From Marsupella aquatica (Eukaryota; Plantae; Marchantiophyta), in assembly GCA_973895155.1 (NCBI GenBank), contig OZ316893.1, forward strand, positions 15,406,645-15,470,644: 64,000 nt of DNA, read 5' to 3'. Under the pieces are notes generated by a model. That model was not told where the DNA came from and did no database searches. It saw nothing but the letters and a program-made list of their open reading frames with translations. Positions 37,991 through 50,500 of this stretch are shown here, piece by piece; position 1 is the first letter of the stretch, and every line of letters begins with the position of its first letter. A program made the position numbers and the translations under genes.

Positions 37991-39623
37991 GGGAACTGGC
38001 TGTTCCAGTTTCCGGTCAATAATCGCTATAATCCAAAGGAGCAACAGAACGTCTTAAATACTGAACACGTTACTCGTAGAAGTGAATTCTTTATTTCTAT
38101 GCAAGGGAACTAATCAGGCTAGTCCCACTAAATTGCACATGAAAAGGCAATAGCTTGAAATATAGCACTAGCAAGTACAACACTAGTGATATGTATCAAA
38201 ACTCTACAACGTGAGATCCTGCCATTACTGGGTTTTATCCTGCTTACAGAAATAAAAAATGGGATCCAATCTTGATCGTCAATTTAAAAATTTATTTTAA
38301 TCACCTTAGATGCACGCAAAACTATCACATTGTTTCTCTTGTCTCACACAAATTGGTGTACTAAAGGTTCAGGTAGACTTGCTCACAATAAAAAAGGCTC
38401 AGGTACACACAAATGTAGTTGAAGGTACTATGATATAGGTTATACTAGAGTATACACCAATATAATTGTGCTCACATAAACTATAACAGTATGGAAATAT
38501 GATGGGAGGTGGAGAGAAAATGGCCAGGTGTAAAAAAAGGGGGGAGGGAGGAGATGAACAAGGAAAAACAGATTCCACGGGCAAAATTATTAAATAGAGA
38601 CATGTTGAAAAAGTGGGGAAAGACAGATGGGGAGAAAGGGGGGTATTAGGAATTTTGTTCCCCCCCCCCCCTTGCATTTTTTTTTAATAATACATATCCA
38701 TATTGTGCCAAAATAATGAGACTCTCACACCCATAAATTGTGACAATATTCCTAGAGCTTTTCACAGTGGTAGTCTCACAAAAATTTGACCTTTATTATC
38801 CCAAAGGAAGACTTGGAAGCAAATCAAGGAGGGGAACAAGGATCAAAGAGAAAGAGGAAGGGGGGGGGGGGGGGAGAGGCGCTGCATGGATGGGAAAAGA
38901 GGGAGGAGAGGCTTTTTCTTGCCCCATCCGTTTGGGGATATGGATGGAAAACGGTGTGTGGGGGGGGGGGGGGGGGGTTTGGTCAGAGGCAAGAATCAAG
39001 GAGGAAAAAGTCCTCCTGGGTCATTGCCCCTCCACTTCCCATATTTCTTTACAGTTCTCTAAGCTGTGCACTTTATTATTAGATAATCACCTTCTGCATA
39101 TACTGTGCACTTCATTAGACAACCACTTTTTGCATTGTAAACGGTGCACTTCATTAGCCAACCACGTTTTGGATATGGTAATAACTCTCTGTTTCTATAA
39201 GATCTTGAAAGATTTCCAATCGACTATTTACGGATCTTTTTCTTCTTTCCCCACACTTGACTTGAGTACGTGAAATACACTAAATCCAGATTTTACGTTT
39301 TCGAGCCACAGAAAAAAGTAAAGGACAAATATACCCGTGCAGCCTATGATGGGCATTCTATTTCACAGCATAAAATAATAACGTGATGGGCGTTATGTTT
39401 CATAAAGTACATTCTCTCACATAAAGCTCAAAAAAGGACAAAGTGAAAAATCTTTAAGGGACTTAATTAATTAAGAGAAATTGAAGGCAGGACGGATCAC
39501 CATGTTTGGACACCGTCCCCTATCACATGGTGGTCCATGGGAGTTGGGGTACATAACTTATTTCAATCCAAAATCCAATGGTCATCGTTCAAACTTGGCG
39601 TGCTATTTTGGGTGAAAAATGAA

Positions 39624-39706
39624 AACCTGAAAAAGTATGTGGAAAGAATAACCCAAAAGTGTGCAACCTGAAAAAGTATGTGGAAAGAATAACCCAAAAG
39701 TGTGCA
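39624..39706. repeat. Perfect 41-bp tandem duplication
   Basis: AACCTGAAAAAGTATGTGGAAAGAATAACCCAAAAGTGTGC twice. Confidence 0.95.
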
Positions 39707-39914
39707 TTCTTTTCCAAGCAAGAAGGAAAAATGTGAGCCAATCATGACCCTTCATCCAAATTTTTCTTTTTACACTATCGGATCTATCCATCCACCCAAA
39801 TAAGAGAAATGTTTGCCCAAGCTGCCCTTTAGCACTAGCACACCAAAGTGTATGATTGGGATACAAGTAACATGCCTCAACAACTACATAGTAAAATTTA
39901 TATATTTTTGTCTA

Positions 39915-40310
39915 GCCTTGACATCTTTTCTTGCCTTGACTTATTTTTCTAATTTGTACATGTATATCTCTCCTTAACATCTTTACCTTGCTCCTTGAAA
40001 TCTTTGTTTACATGGGCAAGCTGACATCTTCTTTTCACCTCGATATCTTCTCTCGTCTCGACAACTTATCTTTTTCCTCATCTGTACGTTTTTTTCTCAC
40101 CACGACATCTTTTCGTCACCCTCGACATACTTTCTTTCCTTGACATCTTTTCCTCATCTTCACAATCATCTTTTTCTCACCTTGTCATCTTTTCTCTCCT
40201 CGACATTTTTTTCTCACCTCAACTTTTGTTCATCACCTCGACATATTTTCTCTCATTTACATCTTTTTTCACCTCGACATCTTTCCTCACTTCAACATCT
40301 TTTGTGCACA
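39915..40310. repeat. Degenerate pyrimidine-rich minisatellite (CGACATCTTTTCTCACCT-like)
   Basis: Recurrent GACATCTT motif, the reverse complement of the AAGATGTC core at 9925-10510. Confidence 0.7.
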
Positions 40311-40429
40311 TGCGTTGGGCTAGCTTAACATAATTTTTAGTTTTAGATGCAAACTCTAATGTTATCTAGAGAAGATACACATCAAAAAACCACATTCACC
40401 CTAAATATTTCTTACTAACACAACCAAAT

Positions 40430-40600
40430 AAAATCTAAAGTACCTTACCCCTTAAGAACTTGATGATGTAAAATGTAACACAAGAACCAAAACTAATCTA
40501 AAGTAACTTACCCCTCAAAACTTGATGATGAAAATTGTAACACAACAAAAACTGATCTAAAATAAACTGACCCCCTAGAACTTGATGATGAAAAATGTAA
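40430..40600. repeat. ~60-bp tandem repeat, three copies
   Basis: ATCTAAA..A.CTTACCCC..AAACTTGATGATG.AAA.TGTAA repeated. Confidence 0.85.
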
Positions 40601-42795
40601 ATTCAGGAAGTGTAGCATACCTACTACTCTCAAATATACCCAAAATTAGAAAATATTTGGGTTTATAAGTATCAAGTTATTCAATCATACCCAGATGTTG
40701 GGGAACGTGGTCCATGGGGCGTTCGAATTATAATTAAGATTAAGATGCAAAGCGGTGAGCTTTATTAGACAAGCAGTACGTTTTCCATGGTGAACAAACA
40801 TTGCAGTTACCGACACGTCCCGCTGTCGTCTACTCTGATGCGAGCGAACAAATCGGAGCAGCAAGATCTTAGTGTCTCGGCTCTCGCGGAACCAAATCGG
40901 AGCAGAAAGATCTTCGCGTCGTGTCAGCTCTGCTGACTGGTCTCGTCACTCCGTTATGGTCCTCCCTCCCTCGGCTCGTTTCTGCTCTGCTCTGCTCCGA
41001 TTCTTTCGACGAAATCAATCTCCACCATCGCCTCTGTGCTTCTCTATTAAGTCGCGTTTCTTCTGGATAGGAGGAGGCGAATAATAATAATTGCCCAATC
41101 TGCCATTTGGCGAGCGACATCGTGCATACGGTACGTCTCGGCTGCTGACTGTGTTTTTTTTTGGCGCTCTGCTCTGTTCTGTGTCGTTCTGCGCTCTCAT
41201 ACGTCGATTTTTCTCTGGATAAGAGCAAGGGCATTGCCATACAGAAAACGCCCTCGTGTCACGGGACACTAGCCTTCTCGGGGTGCTCTCGAAGCGGTCG
41301 GTACAGTAGAGTGGGTACTGTTGCAATTATCTGATTGTCCTTCGACTGGGAATGATCGAATTGTCCAACGACATAAAAGTAGGGAAGGGACTAGTCCAAG
41401 TAGCCGATTGTTTTGCAAGGCGTGATCGAAAGTGGAGTGGAGTGAAGTGGAGTGGAGTGGCACATTGGCGACGTTCGACTGGTGTTGTGTTCCGCCGGAG
41501 GCAGGAGGAGCTTGTCATTTTGCGGTTTGTATTCAGATCGTCGAACTTGTTTGGGAAGTGAGATGTTGTGCAATTTGCGCTCTGGTTTTAATGCCGTAGG
41601 CTCTGATTTCGGAGAGCTAATTGTAAGAGCTTCGTTTGCGGGTGGTCGGATAGCATTTCTGTCTTCTTGACGAAGAATGTTGCGAAAGTGGCTTTATTCG
41701 CCGTGATTCTGTTTTCGCTTGCTTTTGCATTTCAGCTTCTGCAGTTACGATCTACTTACAATGTTTTAAGCAATGTCGTCGATGGGACCGAGGTCGTGCT
41801 TTCTTTACAGCACCGATTGTTCTGTGCCTCGTGTTTGGAGTGCTCGATGATTCCTAATTTCGTTCTCCACCATGCTCAACACTTAGCTTCATGATCTGGT
41901 TAGATCGATGAAGCGTTAGAAACAGGGTTTCCACACGCTGCAATGCAGACTTAATGTCAACTCTACTGCTTGCTTTCAGGTCGCCTATCTCTTCAGCGAA
42001 CTAAGCTATGAGTTGTGGTGAGCTGACGCTGTTGTCTCTCGGATCAAGCTCGTCATTTCTTGCGTGTTGGGAACTGCTGTACTTCTTTAATTTATGACTT
42101 CCTGTTATCCGTGCGGAGTTTCCTTCGACTTGGAATTATGTGACCGGACGCTGATCTCAATTTTTGGTACCTAAGTGTTGTCCCTGGGTCATAAGAAAAA
42201 TGATCTTATGCTGTTTTTTCTTCCGGGGTGCATCTGTGGAAGCTCCGTTTGTTCCTGAGGCTTGATTGATCTATTTGACCGTGTTTATTGGACTGTCTCG
42301 CTTTCTCATGCTGATTGATTTGGGGCTTCGTTGGGACCCGTAATTGGCGTTTAGATTGTTTGTGCCATCTGTCATAGAGGGACATCCTGATTTCTTTATA
42401 AATGACTGTGATCTATTGTTACTTTGTTGGGAGCTGTAGCGATGTGTCTGAAGATTTTGCAGTGCTTTCCGTTTATCTTCACTTTTTTTCCACTGTGACG
42501 CCATGAAACAAGCGACGAACAACGTCGTACGTATGTATCTTCAAATACTTCGCTTGTTTGAGTTGTTTTGGTTCTTGTAGTCGAGTTTACAGTTGGTATC
42601 CTGCAACTTCGTAGCCTTCAGTGTTACTCGTCTGGTCTTCTGATCTTCGCTGCTCATCATCGTCTTGATCTCTTCAATTGCATCTCATGCCTCATCCTGG
42701 AGAAGATTAATTCGTTCCTCGAGGTTGTTAGCCATGTTCATCTGACAGTGCTTTTTCACAAATGTTTAGATCGACATCAGACGAAGTTTGTTCCG

Positions 42796-43161
42796 ATGGC
42801 TCAAGAACAACCAAGGCTCGAGAATGTTTTTGTGGGCGGTAGTGTGGTGATCGAGGAAGAGAATGAGGAGCTTGCTAAACTTAATCCGAAGGTTGTCGTT
42901 GAACATGAAAGAATCAGAAAAGTCAAAAACGGTGGACAGAAGCTGGAGAAACGAGCGGCAAAGCGGATGAGTGGGCTCCCCAAGAAATCTGGTCAAGGAG
43001 GAAAATACACATGGAACGGGCCGATCCCTGAAGAGTCACTCGACTTCGTCCCTGTGACCTTGGATAAGAAAGACCCGAATTACATAGATGAAGACGAAGT
43101 TGTGGAAGTTCCTAAACCAGACATACTCAGCCCCAAGCCCCAGCACGGAATTCTAGTTTGA
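42796..43161 (+). CDS. Small (121 aa) protein carrying the PDCD4/MRF N-terminal motif but no MA3 domains
   Basis: GLPKKSGQGGKYTWNG...LDKKDPNY matches the PKKGGxGGKxTWG...LDxxDPNY motif; ATG at 42796; CT-rich leader upstream. Confidence 0.75.
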   Translation: MAQEQPRLENVFVGGSVVIEEENEELAKLNPKVVVEHERIRKVKNGGQKLEKRAAKRMSGLPKKSGQGGKYTWNGPIPEESLDFVPVTLDKKDPNYIDEDEVVEVPKPDILSPKPQHGILV

Positions 43162-44689
43162 TGGTTGATGTTTCTTCGCATGGCTTTGATTCGCGGGAGT
43201 ACATCCCTGATCGGAGCAGAAGACTATAAGTGGCTGGAGAGATCCCTGCAGGGGATGAAGTTGCTCTATGAGCGATGTTTCTTAGCCTAGGAAATTAATC
43301 GAGAGAACTGCATACGTACATTTTGCAGAAGCGGTCCTCTGTTCGGGAGGATTCGAATTCGCTGGACCCACCTATTTTGACCTTTGAATGCGGATGACAT
43401 CTTGCAAACTTTGCGTTCTTCACGGGTCGAGGGTGGTCAGTTGTACATACAGTAGACGAAGTTAGACAGTAATACAAATTATGTACATTTGAGTTGTTGA
43501 AGATTAGAATGGTGTAGCCGCGACCTAGTCCACTTAGGGACTCTTACTTGGAGATTTCCTCAGCGTTGGGAACGACGGCCAGATGTTATCGCGGAGCGAT
43601 GCATTATTGGACCTTGAAGTTGTACTTCGCGCAAAGTAATTTAACTTCTGCTTTGAAGCAGTCTCTCGTTCATAAGTTTACTAAGTTTACTCTGATCCGT
43701 TCGTCGCTTGATTGCGGGACGTGACTCAGTCGGCAATATAATGTTGCATGGTCCCTTAGTACTGCAGACAGGTGAAGAATGTTAAATGGCTTGTGTTGGT
43801 ATACACGTCTTCCACGAAATCTCTGACGACTCTAGTGTTTTAACGCCTCAGTCTGCAAATGTGATTGACTGGTGCGATGTTTTCAGAAAGGGTGTGTATG
43901 CTTCTGTTCTACGGACACCGAGCTTTTACTTTGTTTAGAGAACCTCCCCTCATTATTATGTTTAGGATTAGGATGACGGTTACTTCATGGGATGAGCTGG
44001 ACTCTTCACATACTCGTTCAGTTACTTTTCATCTGCAGATTTCTCATTTCTAGACAGCTACGTTCTGTAATCACACGTATTGATGAGTACGCAGATTATG
44101 CTAACGCTATGCCGTTTCTGTCCTCGGGTTCGAGAACCGACAAAACATTTCTTACAAACTCCTGTTAACTAAAATACAAATCCAGCTTCAGAAAACGTCG
44201 AGTGGCAATCATTCCTTAATCTATCAAACATGTGTTTCTTGCCTGCCTTGCACTCAAATTCCCCCAATCGTCGATTGTTCTTTGAGTTCACAGTGCTGAC
44301 ACTTCGCAGTTTGCATATTGACGTAAATTAGATCCAGCTCTCAAACAAGCTCTCATACTCGATTTAAGTTAAGAAATGTAGAGTGTTATCTGTTTTATCA
44401 TTCAGAAGTGGACAACAGCCACTTCCATGTACACAGCCACTTCCCCATGTCCAGTACTGATCGGGGTTTAATAGTATCATAGGTAAATTTATCTTCACCT
44501 GGACGGGACAGCAAAGACACTTTCCGGAGTATGTACAAGAATTGCCTACAGCACTATACAATACATGTGAGTTCTACTATAACTAATGTAGCCACATCCA
44601 GGTTGAGTTCGACTCTTATTAGGAAGAGATCCAGGGTGAGTCTCAGGGTGAGTCTCAGTTGTACTCGAATAGGAGCTGAAACTGCCAGA

Positions 44690-44975
44690 AACCGCCAGAA
44701 ACCGCCAGAACCCTCAGGGATGTACTCCATTCTAGGTCTCTGGCAATTCTACTAGAGCAAAGTTCTGAGACTACTTTGAATTCACTGCGAGAAGACGTTA
44801 GGGACATGCTTCATTCTAAATCTCCGACAGTTCTAATGAAGCAGAACGAGACAACTTTGAGTTCACCGGCAGTAGAACCCTAGGGATGTGCTTCATTCTC
44901 AGTCTCTGGCAGTCCTACTTTTTCACCGGCAATTATACGGTAGCAGAACGAGACAACTTTGAGTTCACTGCCCCG
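44690..44975. repeat. Degenerate tandem repeats downstream of the GH29 gene
   Basis: GCAGAACGAGACAACTTTGAGTTCAC twice; GGGATGT.CT.CATTCT two to three times; AACCGCCAGA two to three times. Confidence 0.75.
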
Positions 44976-45080
44976 TGACCGCAACCAGAATTTCATAAAT
45001 CAATGTGTAAGAAATTGCGATTACTCGATTTGGCTCGACAGGAGTGATCACCCTTCATTTCATCCAGTTCTCATATAACT

Positions 45081-47563
45081 CTAAGATGGTATGTATGCCT
45101 TTAAGGTTAGAGTCTTCACACTTGGGGGCATATGACTCTTAGAAGTCTTGTCCAGACCTTGATTGCCAGCCTCCAGGCTTGCATCGCCCTCTATCTTCAC
45201 GGTGCACGCGACATCGGCAACAGAGCCTTCCGGGAGATAAACGTGCAGGCCATCCGCGTCACGATCCCAACTCAACACGGTACCATCTCTCAGCAAAGTC
45301 ACCGTCTTCACGGTGCCGTTGTAAAGTCGCAGGAGGGTGCTCAGTGAGCGAATTGTCAAGGCTCCTGAAGTTGGCCAGGCCAATGAAGTTGCATACAACA
45401 CTTGGTCTTTTATCGTGAACCGAATATCTTCACTCGTGAATGTGTCATGATCGACGAAGGCTCCACCCTCGACCTCAGTCGGCCCTTCGCCAAACACCCG
45501 CCAAGCACGAGTCCCATAGATAGCCTCACCATGCAGTCGCAGCCAATCACCAATGTCACGCAAAATTTGTTGCTCCTGAAGCCCAATCGTGCCATCCGGA
45601 TTAGGCCCAATGTTCAGAAGCAATGCACCGTTCTTGCTCACAATGTCCAACAAATCGTGGATGATGTCGCTCGAGCTCTTCAAGGAGTCGTCGTCAACAT
45701 GGCCCCACGACTCGTACGAGATTGATGTGTCACTCTGCCAATACAATTTGCGTATGTCTGCGAGCTGCCCTCGCTCCAAATCCAGGACCGCAGTCCCTTC
45801 CTCGAAGGCACTGTACTTGTAGTTGATAGCGACACCTTTGCCCCATTCTGCTGCTCGGTTATAGTAATAAGCGGCAAATCGTTGCAGATATGGTGCGAAG
45901 GCCGGCTGCTCGATCCACCAGTCGAAATAGACAATTTGAGGGTGGTACTTGTCCACCAGCTCGCATGTTCGGGCCAGCCAATCATCAAGATAAGCCTTGT
46001 TAGGTTGCTCGTCTTCTGACCTAGCTGGGCCATAGAAGCTTTGATATTTGGGGTCCTGATTCAGTAGTCATCCAAGGACATGAATCAGGAGTCTACGAAA
46101 ACTTACTAGTGATCAGTGTAGGATGCCAAGGCAATCGTGGTCTGTGGATTGAGTGTTGACACTTCTGGTCATCCTCACAGGTTAAACTCTGGTCGGATGG
46201 GTATTCCTGTTCCATTCTTCTCGGAAAGTGTAACAGGAGATTTGACAATTCTGAATCATCAGCGACAAAAGGTTTTTCATAATCTACGCCAAAGGAGCTC
46301 GGTCGAAACGGTTTTGCCCAGTGATAGCAGTTTGTTGACTCTATCCAGTATTAATCCTTAAGCTGAACCCTTACGTCATGGCGTATATTCATCTAATTGT
46401 ATCTGGCTAAACCCTCACTTCCTTCAAGGAGAAAGAAAATATAGGAATGGCATCTTTAAATTCTATCTGAAAACTCGTAGGATTGAAAAGAAGTCTAATT
46501 TTTGACTACAATTGTGTATGTGCTTTCAGTTTCTTCTGCAAGTTCGCCCCTGTTGAGTTCCGTTATTTTATTGATTCATCATTGGCAAAAGGCAGATGGT
46601 TCTGCTAGCTGAGTTCATCATGAAAATCTCATGACAATACTACTCTCAAGGAAAAATCATGCATGCGAGGAAGGATGAGGATACCTGCACATCTGAAGGG
46701 AATTCCCAACCACCATTGTAAAACCACCAGTGCTCAGCACGGTGACTTGAGACTCCGAATGTCAAGCCTTTCTCCCGCACAGCTTTAGAAAGGTCACCGA
46801 TGATGTCCCTCTTCGGTCCAAGCTTGGCCGCACTCCATTCCGACAAATCAGTGTCATACATCGGGAACCCATCGTGATGTTCACCCACCGGGACTACAAA
46901 CTTCGCACCTACGTTGGTAAAGAGTTCAGGTCTTTAAATTCACAGATTCTAAGAGAGGAGCAAATTCCACAAAAGTAGATCCAATAAACTAGACCCATCA
47001 ACTCTTACTACCAATCGTCTAAATTACAAACAGTCTAGAATCTGATGGAGCTAAATTATGAATTGTTCGTGGACCGAAGTCTTGTCAGTAAGGTATACTC
47101 TACAAATTTTTTTTGTGATTATCATCCTCTCGATCAAGAGCAAACTCGCTCCATGCAGTGTCATGAGCCACCAAAACTGACAGTTAGAAGTTTCACGTGC
47201 AAGTCATTGCACACAAACAGAAAGGGCACGGTGGATAGAAAAAAGCAGAATACCTGCATCCTTGAAAAGCTGTGCCCATGCATCGGGATCAAAATTGGCA
47301 GCAGTCAAGTGGGGGATGAAATCCTTGTATCCAAATTCTGTTTGAGGACCATATGTGGCGATGTGATGGTTGAACGCATTGCTGCCTCGTTGGTACATAT
47401 TACGAGGGTACCACTCATCCCCGAAGGCTGGCACCGAATAGACGCCCCAATGGATGAAAATGCCAAATTTGTCATCCTGGTACCAACTTGGAATCTCATA
47501 CTCCTTTAGCGACTCCCAAGTAGGCTCGAAGGGTCCCTTGGGGATATCCGGAGGCTGTGCCAT
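45081..47563 (-). CDS. Alpha-L-fucosidase, GH29; exons ~47254-47563 (acceptor at 47615 allows upstream exons), 46685-46908, 45081-46055
   Basis: FEPTWESL..Y.IP.WY.D.KFGIFIHWGVYSVPAF..EWY; FDPDAWA.LFKDAG|AKFVVPVGEHHDGF; GPKRDIIGDL; YFDWW (nucleophile Asp); LLDIVSKNGALLLNIGP; GEAIYGTR. GT-AG introns in compatible phases. Confidence 0.93.
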
Positions 47564-50500
47564 TGCTTGAAGCACTATGATTTCCTTTCCATCATGCCAG
47601 AGGTTCAATCTCCTCTGCAGAATTCAGCAACACCGTGAGTCGCAAGACTTTTCAAGGATCGGTTTGAAACATCAGCTGTGACAGCCGTATGGAGCTAACT
47701 ATCACATTTTCCATGAGAGCTAGCAACCCTCCGGATATGATAGGTACAGGTTTTCGTAGACTACCCACAAAGGGGAACTGCGTAAATGTTTAACTGGGAG
47801 GCCATTAAGTGAAACGTGGTTGTAGAGGGAGAGTAGGTTATCCCAGCTTAGGCCCAATTGGACTCCAATCATCACATGAATTCACGATTTAATTCCAGAC
47901 GACAATGAACTAAAAGTCTGGAAAGGAAGTAATTCTTAATGATTCAAGCCGTTAAACTCAGTCGCCTTTAGGTGCAATCGTAAGGTTTCTCCTTTGTCTC
48001 CTCTGTCTCTATTTACCTGCACGGGTCGTCAATGCTTAAGAAAGCAGAACAGTACAAATACCGCGATAAACAAACTGGCTCGTATTTGTCAGCGCCGAAA
48101 GCAATAGCCGGCTGCCTAGAAACAATATACTAAACTACGAGAAACTTGTAAGAATGGATCGCGGATCCAGGGAGATTAACCTGCACATTCTGAGCTAAAA
48201 TTTAGAAGTCCCAGCCGGAACAGCGGAGTTCAGACAGGTCAGGCATTCAAAAGCTTATGTAAGTGAAAGGGAGCGGATCTGGATTAACTCTGGCAGCCTC
48301 TTGCCTAATACGGTTTCGTTCAAATCAGTGCAACCTCCAAAAATCTCAATTATGGCCTTCCTGTGTATGGACGAGGCACTTCAACATGAATAGTTGGAGT
48401 GAAGTATGAGAGAGAGAAGCGAGCAAATTATGGTAAACCTATTGGAACATATCGATGACCCAAATATTCCCCTTTTTACCTTCCCAGTCAGTCTCAACCC
48501 TCATTGCTTGACTGAATTTGCACTTGCAGGAATGTATACTCATAAAACTTAGACCTGCATGGATAGTCTAAAAGCCACTGCCATACACTGGAACCAAGTA
48601 CGACACAGGAGGTACAAAACGATCCTGCACTCTCTCCGCCGTCTCCTTCCCAAAGAAAAGGACGGAGAGTCTAATGCTCGACCATTATAGCGAAGGGCGC
48701 AACGCCGTGACTCAGTTAAGATGAAGTTTCATTCATGGAGAAAATCCACGAGACATACCAACCGAGATTACGACAAAACTTCTTGGCAAGGAAACAGAGA
48801 CTGGCATAATTAACTGCAGGCTCGCATTGAAAGAAACTTAGCTGGATAGCTTGCAAGGATATGAATTGACAATGCCACGCCGTACGCATGTACGCACCAA
48901 AGACTAGAGCTCTAGGTAAAAAACCTAGCTATCGCGGAGTTCCACTTTATCCCTCTGAAGCTCATCTCATCCACAACAGCCTCAACGTCTCCAGGCAGTG
49001 CGTCATCAGTCCAGAACAGAGCATCAAATTCTCCTCACAATAGTACGGTTAGAAGAACATTGTCAAGATCATTACCAATGAAAAAACTAATTCGTCCGAA
49101 GAAGGCTGTCGACGGCCCGCACGAAACCTTCAACTCAGAAAACTGATGAGGCGCGAGACTAGTGTCCTTGTTTGTCAATCTGACAAATCCTCCACGAACA
49201 ATTCCCGCACTCGAGAGAATCAGGAGCAAAAGGCAGTCCGAGACTCTCTCGACCTCCACTTTTGTCAAGATGCTGGGATAGACTTTTCTTTTGTTTATCT
49301 TGAACAGAAATGAGGAAGAAATGTATCTTCTCCCCACCCCAATGTGACATATATTCATTGTAGGAAACCACCCCCCCCCCCCCCACCACACACACATTAG
49401 GAGGGAGAGAGTATTAATACAGGGCTGCACTCCCATACACTATCCAGAAAACTCATCCCACCCACAAACATATACCCTCCACATGCAACTTGGATGGACC
49501 ATAGCTGAGTACCCCTTTCTACATATTACACAATGAGTGAAACTTGGCAAGGAAATTAAAAAAGTCATCTTTGGGAATTTGGGTATATAAGTTCATTGGA
49601 AATATCTCTCCAATACATTTCTAACAAACCCAAAAGAAGAAGAAGAAGAAGATATATTGGTTATATTAAAGTTCTCTGTAAGGATGACTTGTAGCTACTT
49701 TATTGAGAAATTACTGGGTGAGTTTACTCAGACTCTAAGAACTCAGGGGCGAGAAATAGGGTGAAACTCATTTTTTAGTCTTCCAACAGTGTCAGCCTTT
49801 CTCTTAGGGGGGTCAAATGGGCCCTGGACCAACACTTTGTTCTGTCTCTGCTGCCCTAGGCCTGACGTTTGCACTGCATCGCTACCAGGCCCATCTCAGC
49901 TGACCTTGCCAAGATGGGGTGTCCATATGTTACGGGTGCCCCATAGTGGAAAAATTGAAATCAATATTTTCCCCTGAGATGATGTGGCAACTAATACCAG
50001 GTTGACTGATGGACTTGAGCTGCTGAATTTTTTCCCAGATGCAGCTCTGGCCCTCCATTGCTGCAAGCTTAGGCATGACCATTGCTCCAAGCTGCTGATC
50101 ATTACCAGGCTGCCAGCTGCTTCCCTCCATAGCTGCAAGCTGCCTTGCTCAAGCTGCTCCCTTTTGATTTGTCGGGTTGCATGCTGCACCTTTCTAAGTT
50201 GATGCTAGAGTTGTGAGCCGCACCTTCCTAGGCTCAAGCTGCTTCCCTCCGCTGCCAGGTGCCTGAAATATTTTTAGAAGACTGTGAGGTGCATTTTTCA
50301 CTCAAGCTCCATCCCTCTGATGCGAGCTGCTTCCCAAGTTTGATTGCAAGCTGATTGTTGGGAGTGGGAAGGCCTGCCATCCCTTTCCGAGGATGCTGCT
50401 GCTTGCAGCCCACCCCTCCATAGTTACAATGTGAGATCTGCTTGAGGACAGAGGTGCCATTGGGGAGAGTGCTAATGCTAATAGACAAAATAAAAGAATA

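Noticed and set aside
38740-39273. 177-aa Gly-rich ORF
   Set aside because: Arises from poly-G runs and low-complexity repeat sequence
42568-42795. N-terminal 76 aa of the listed 197-aa ORF
   Set aside because: Starts at TTG and has UTR-like composition; the first ATG is at 42796
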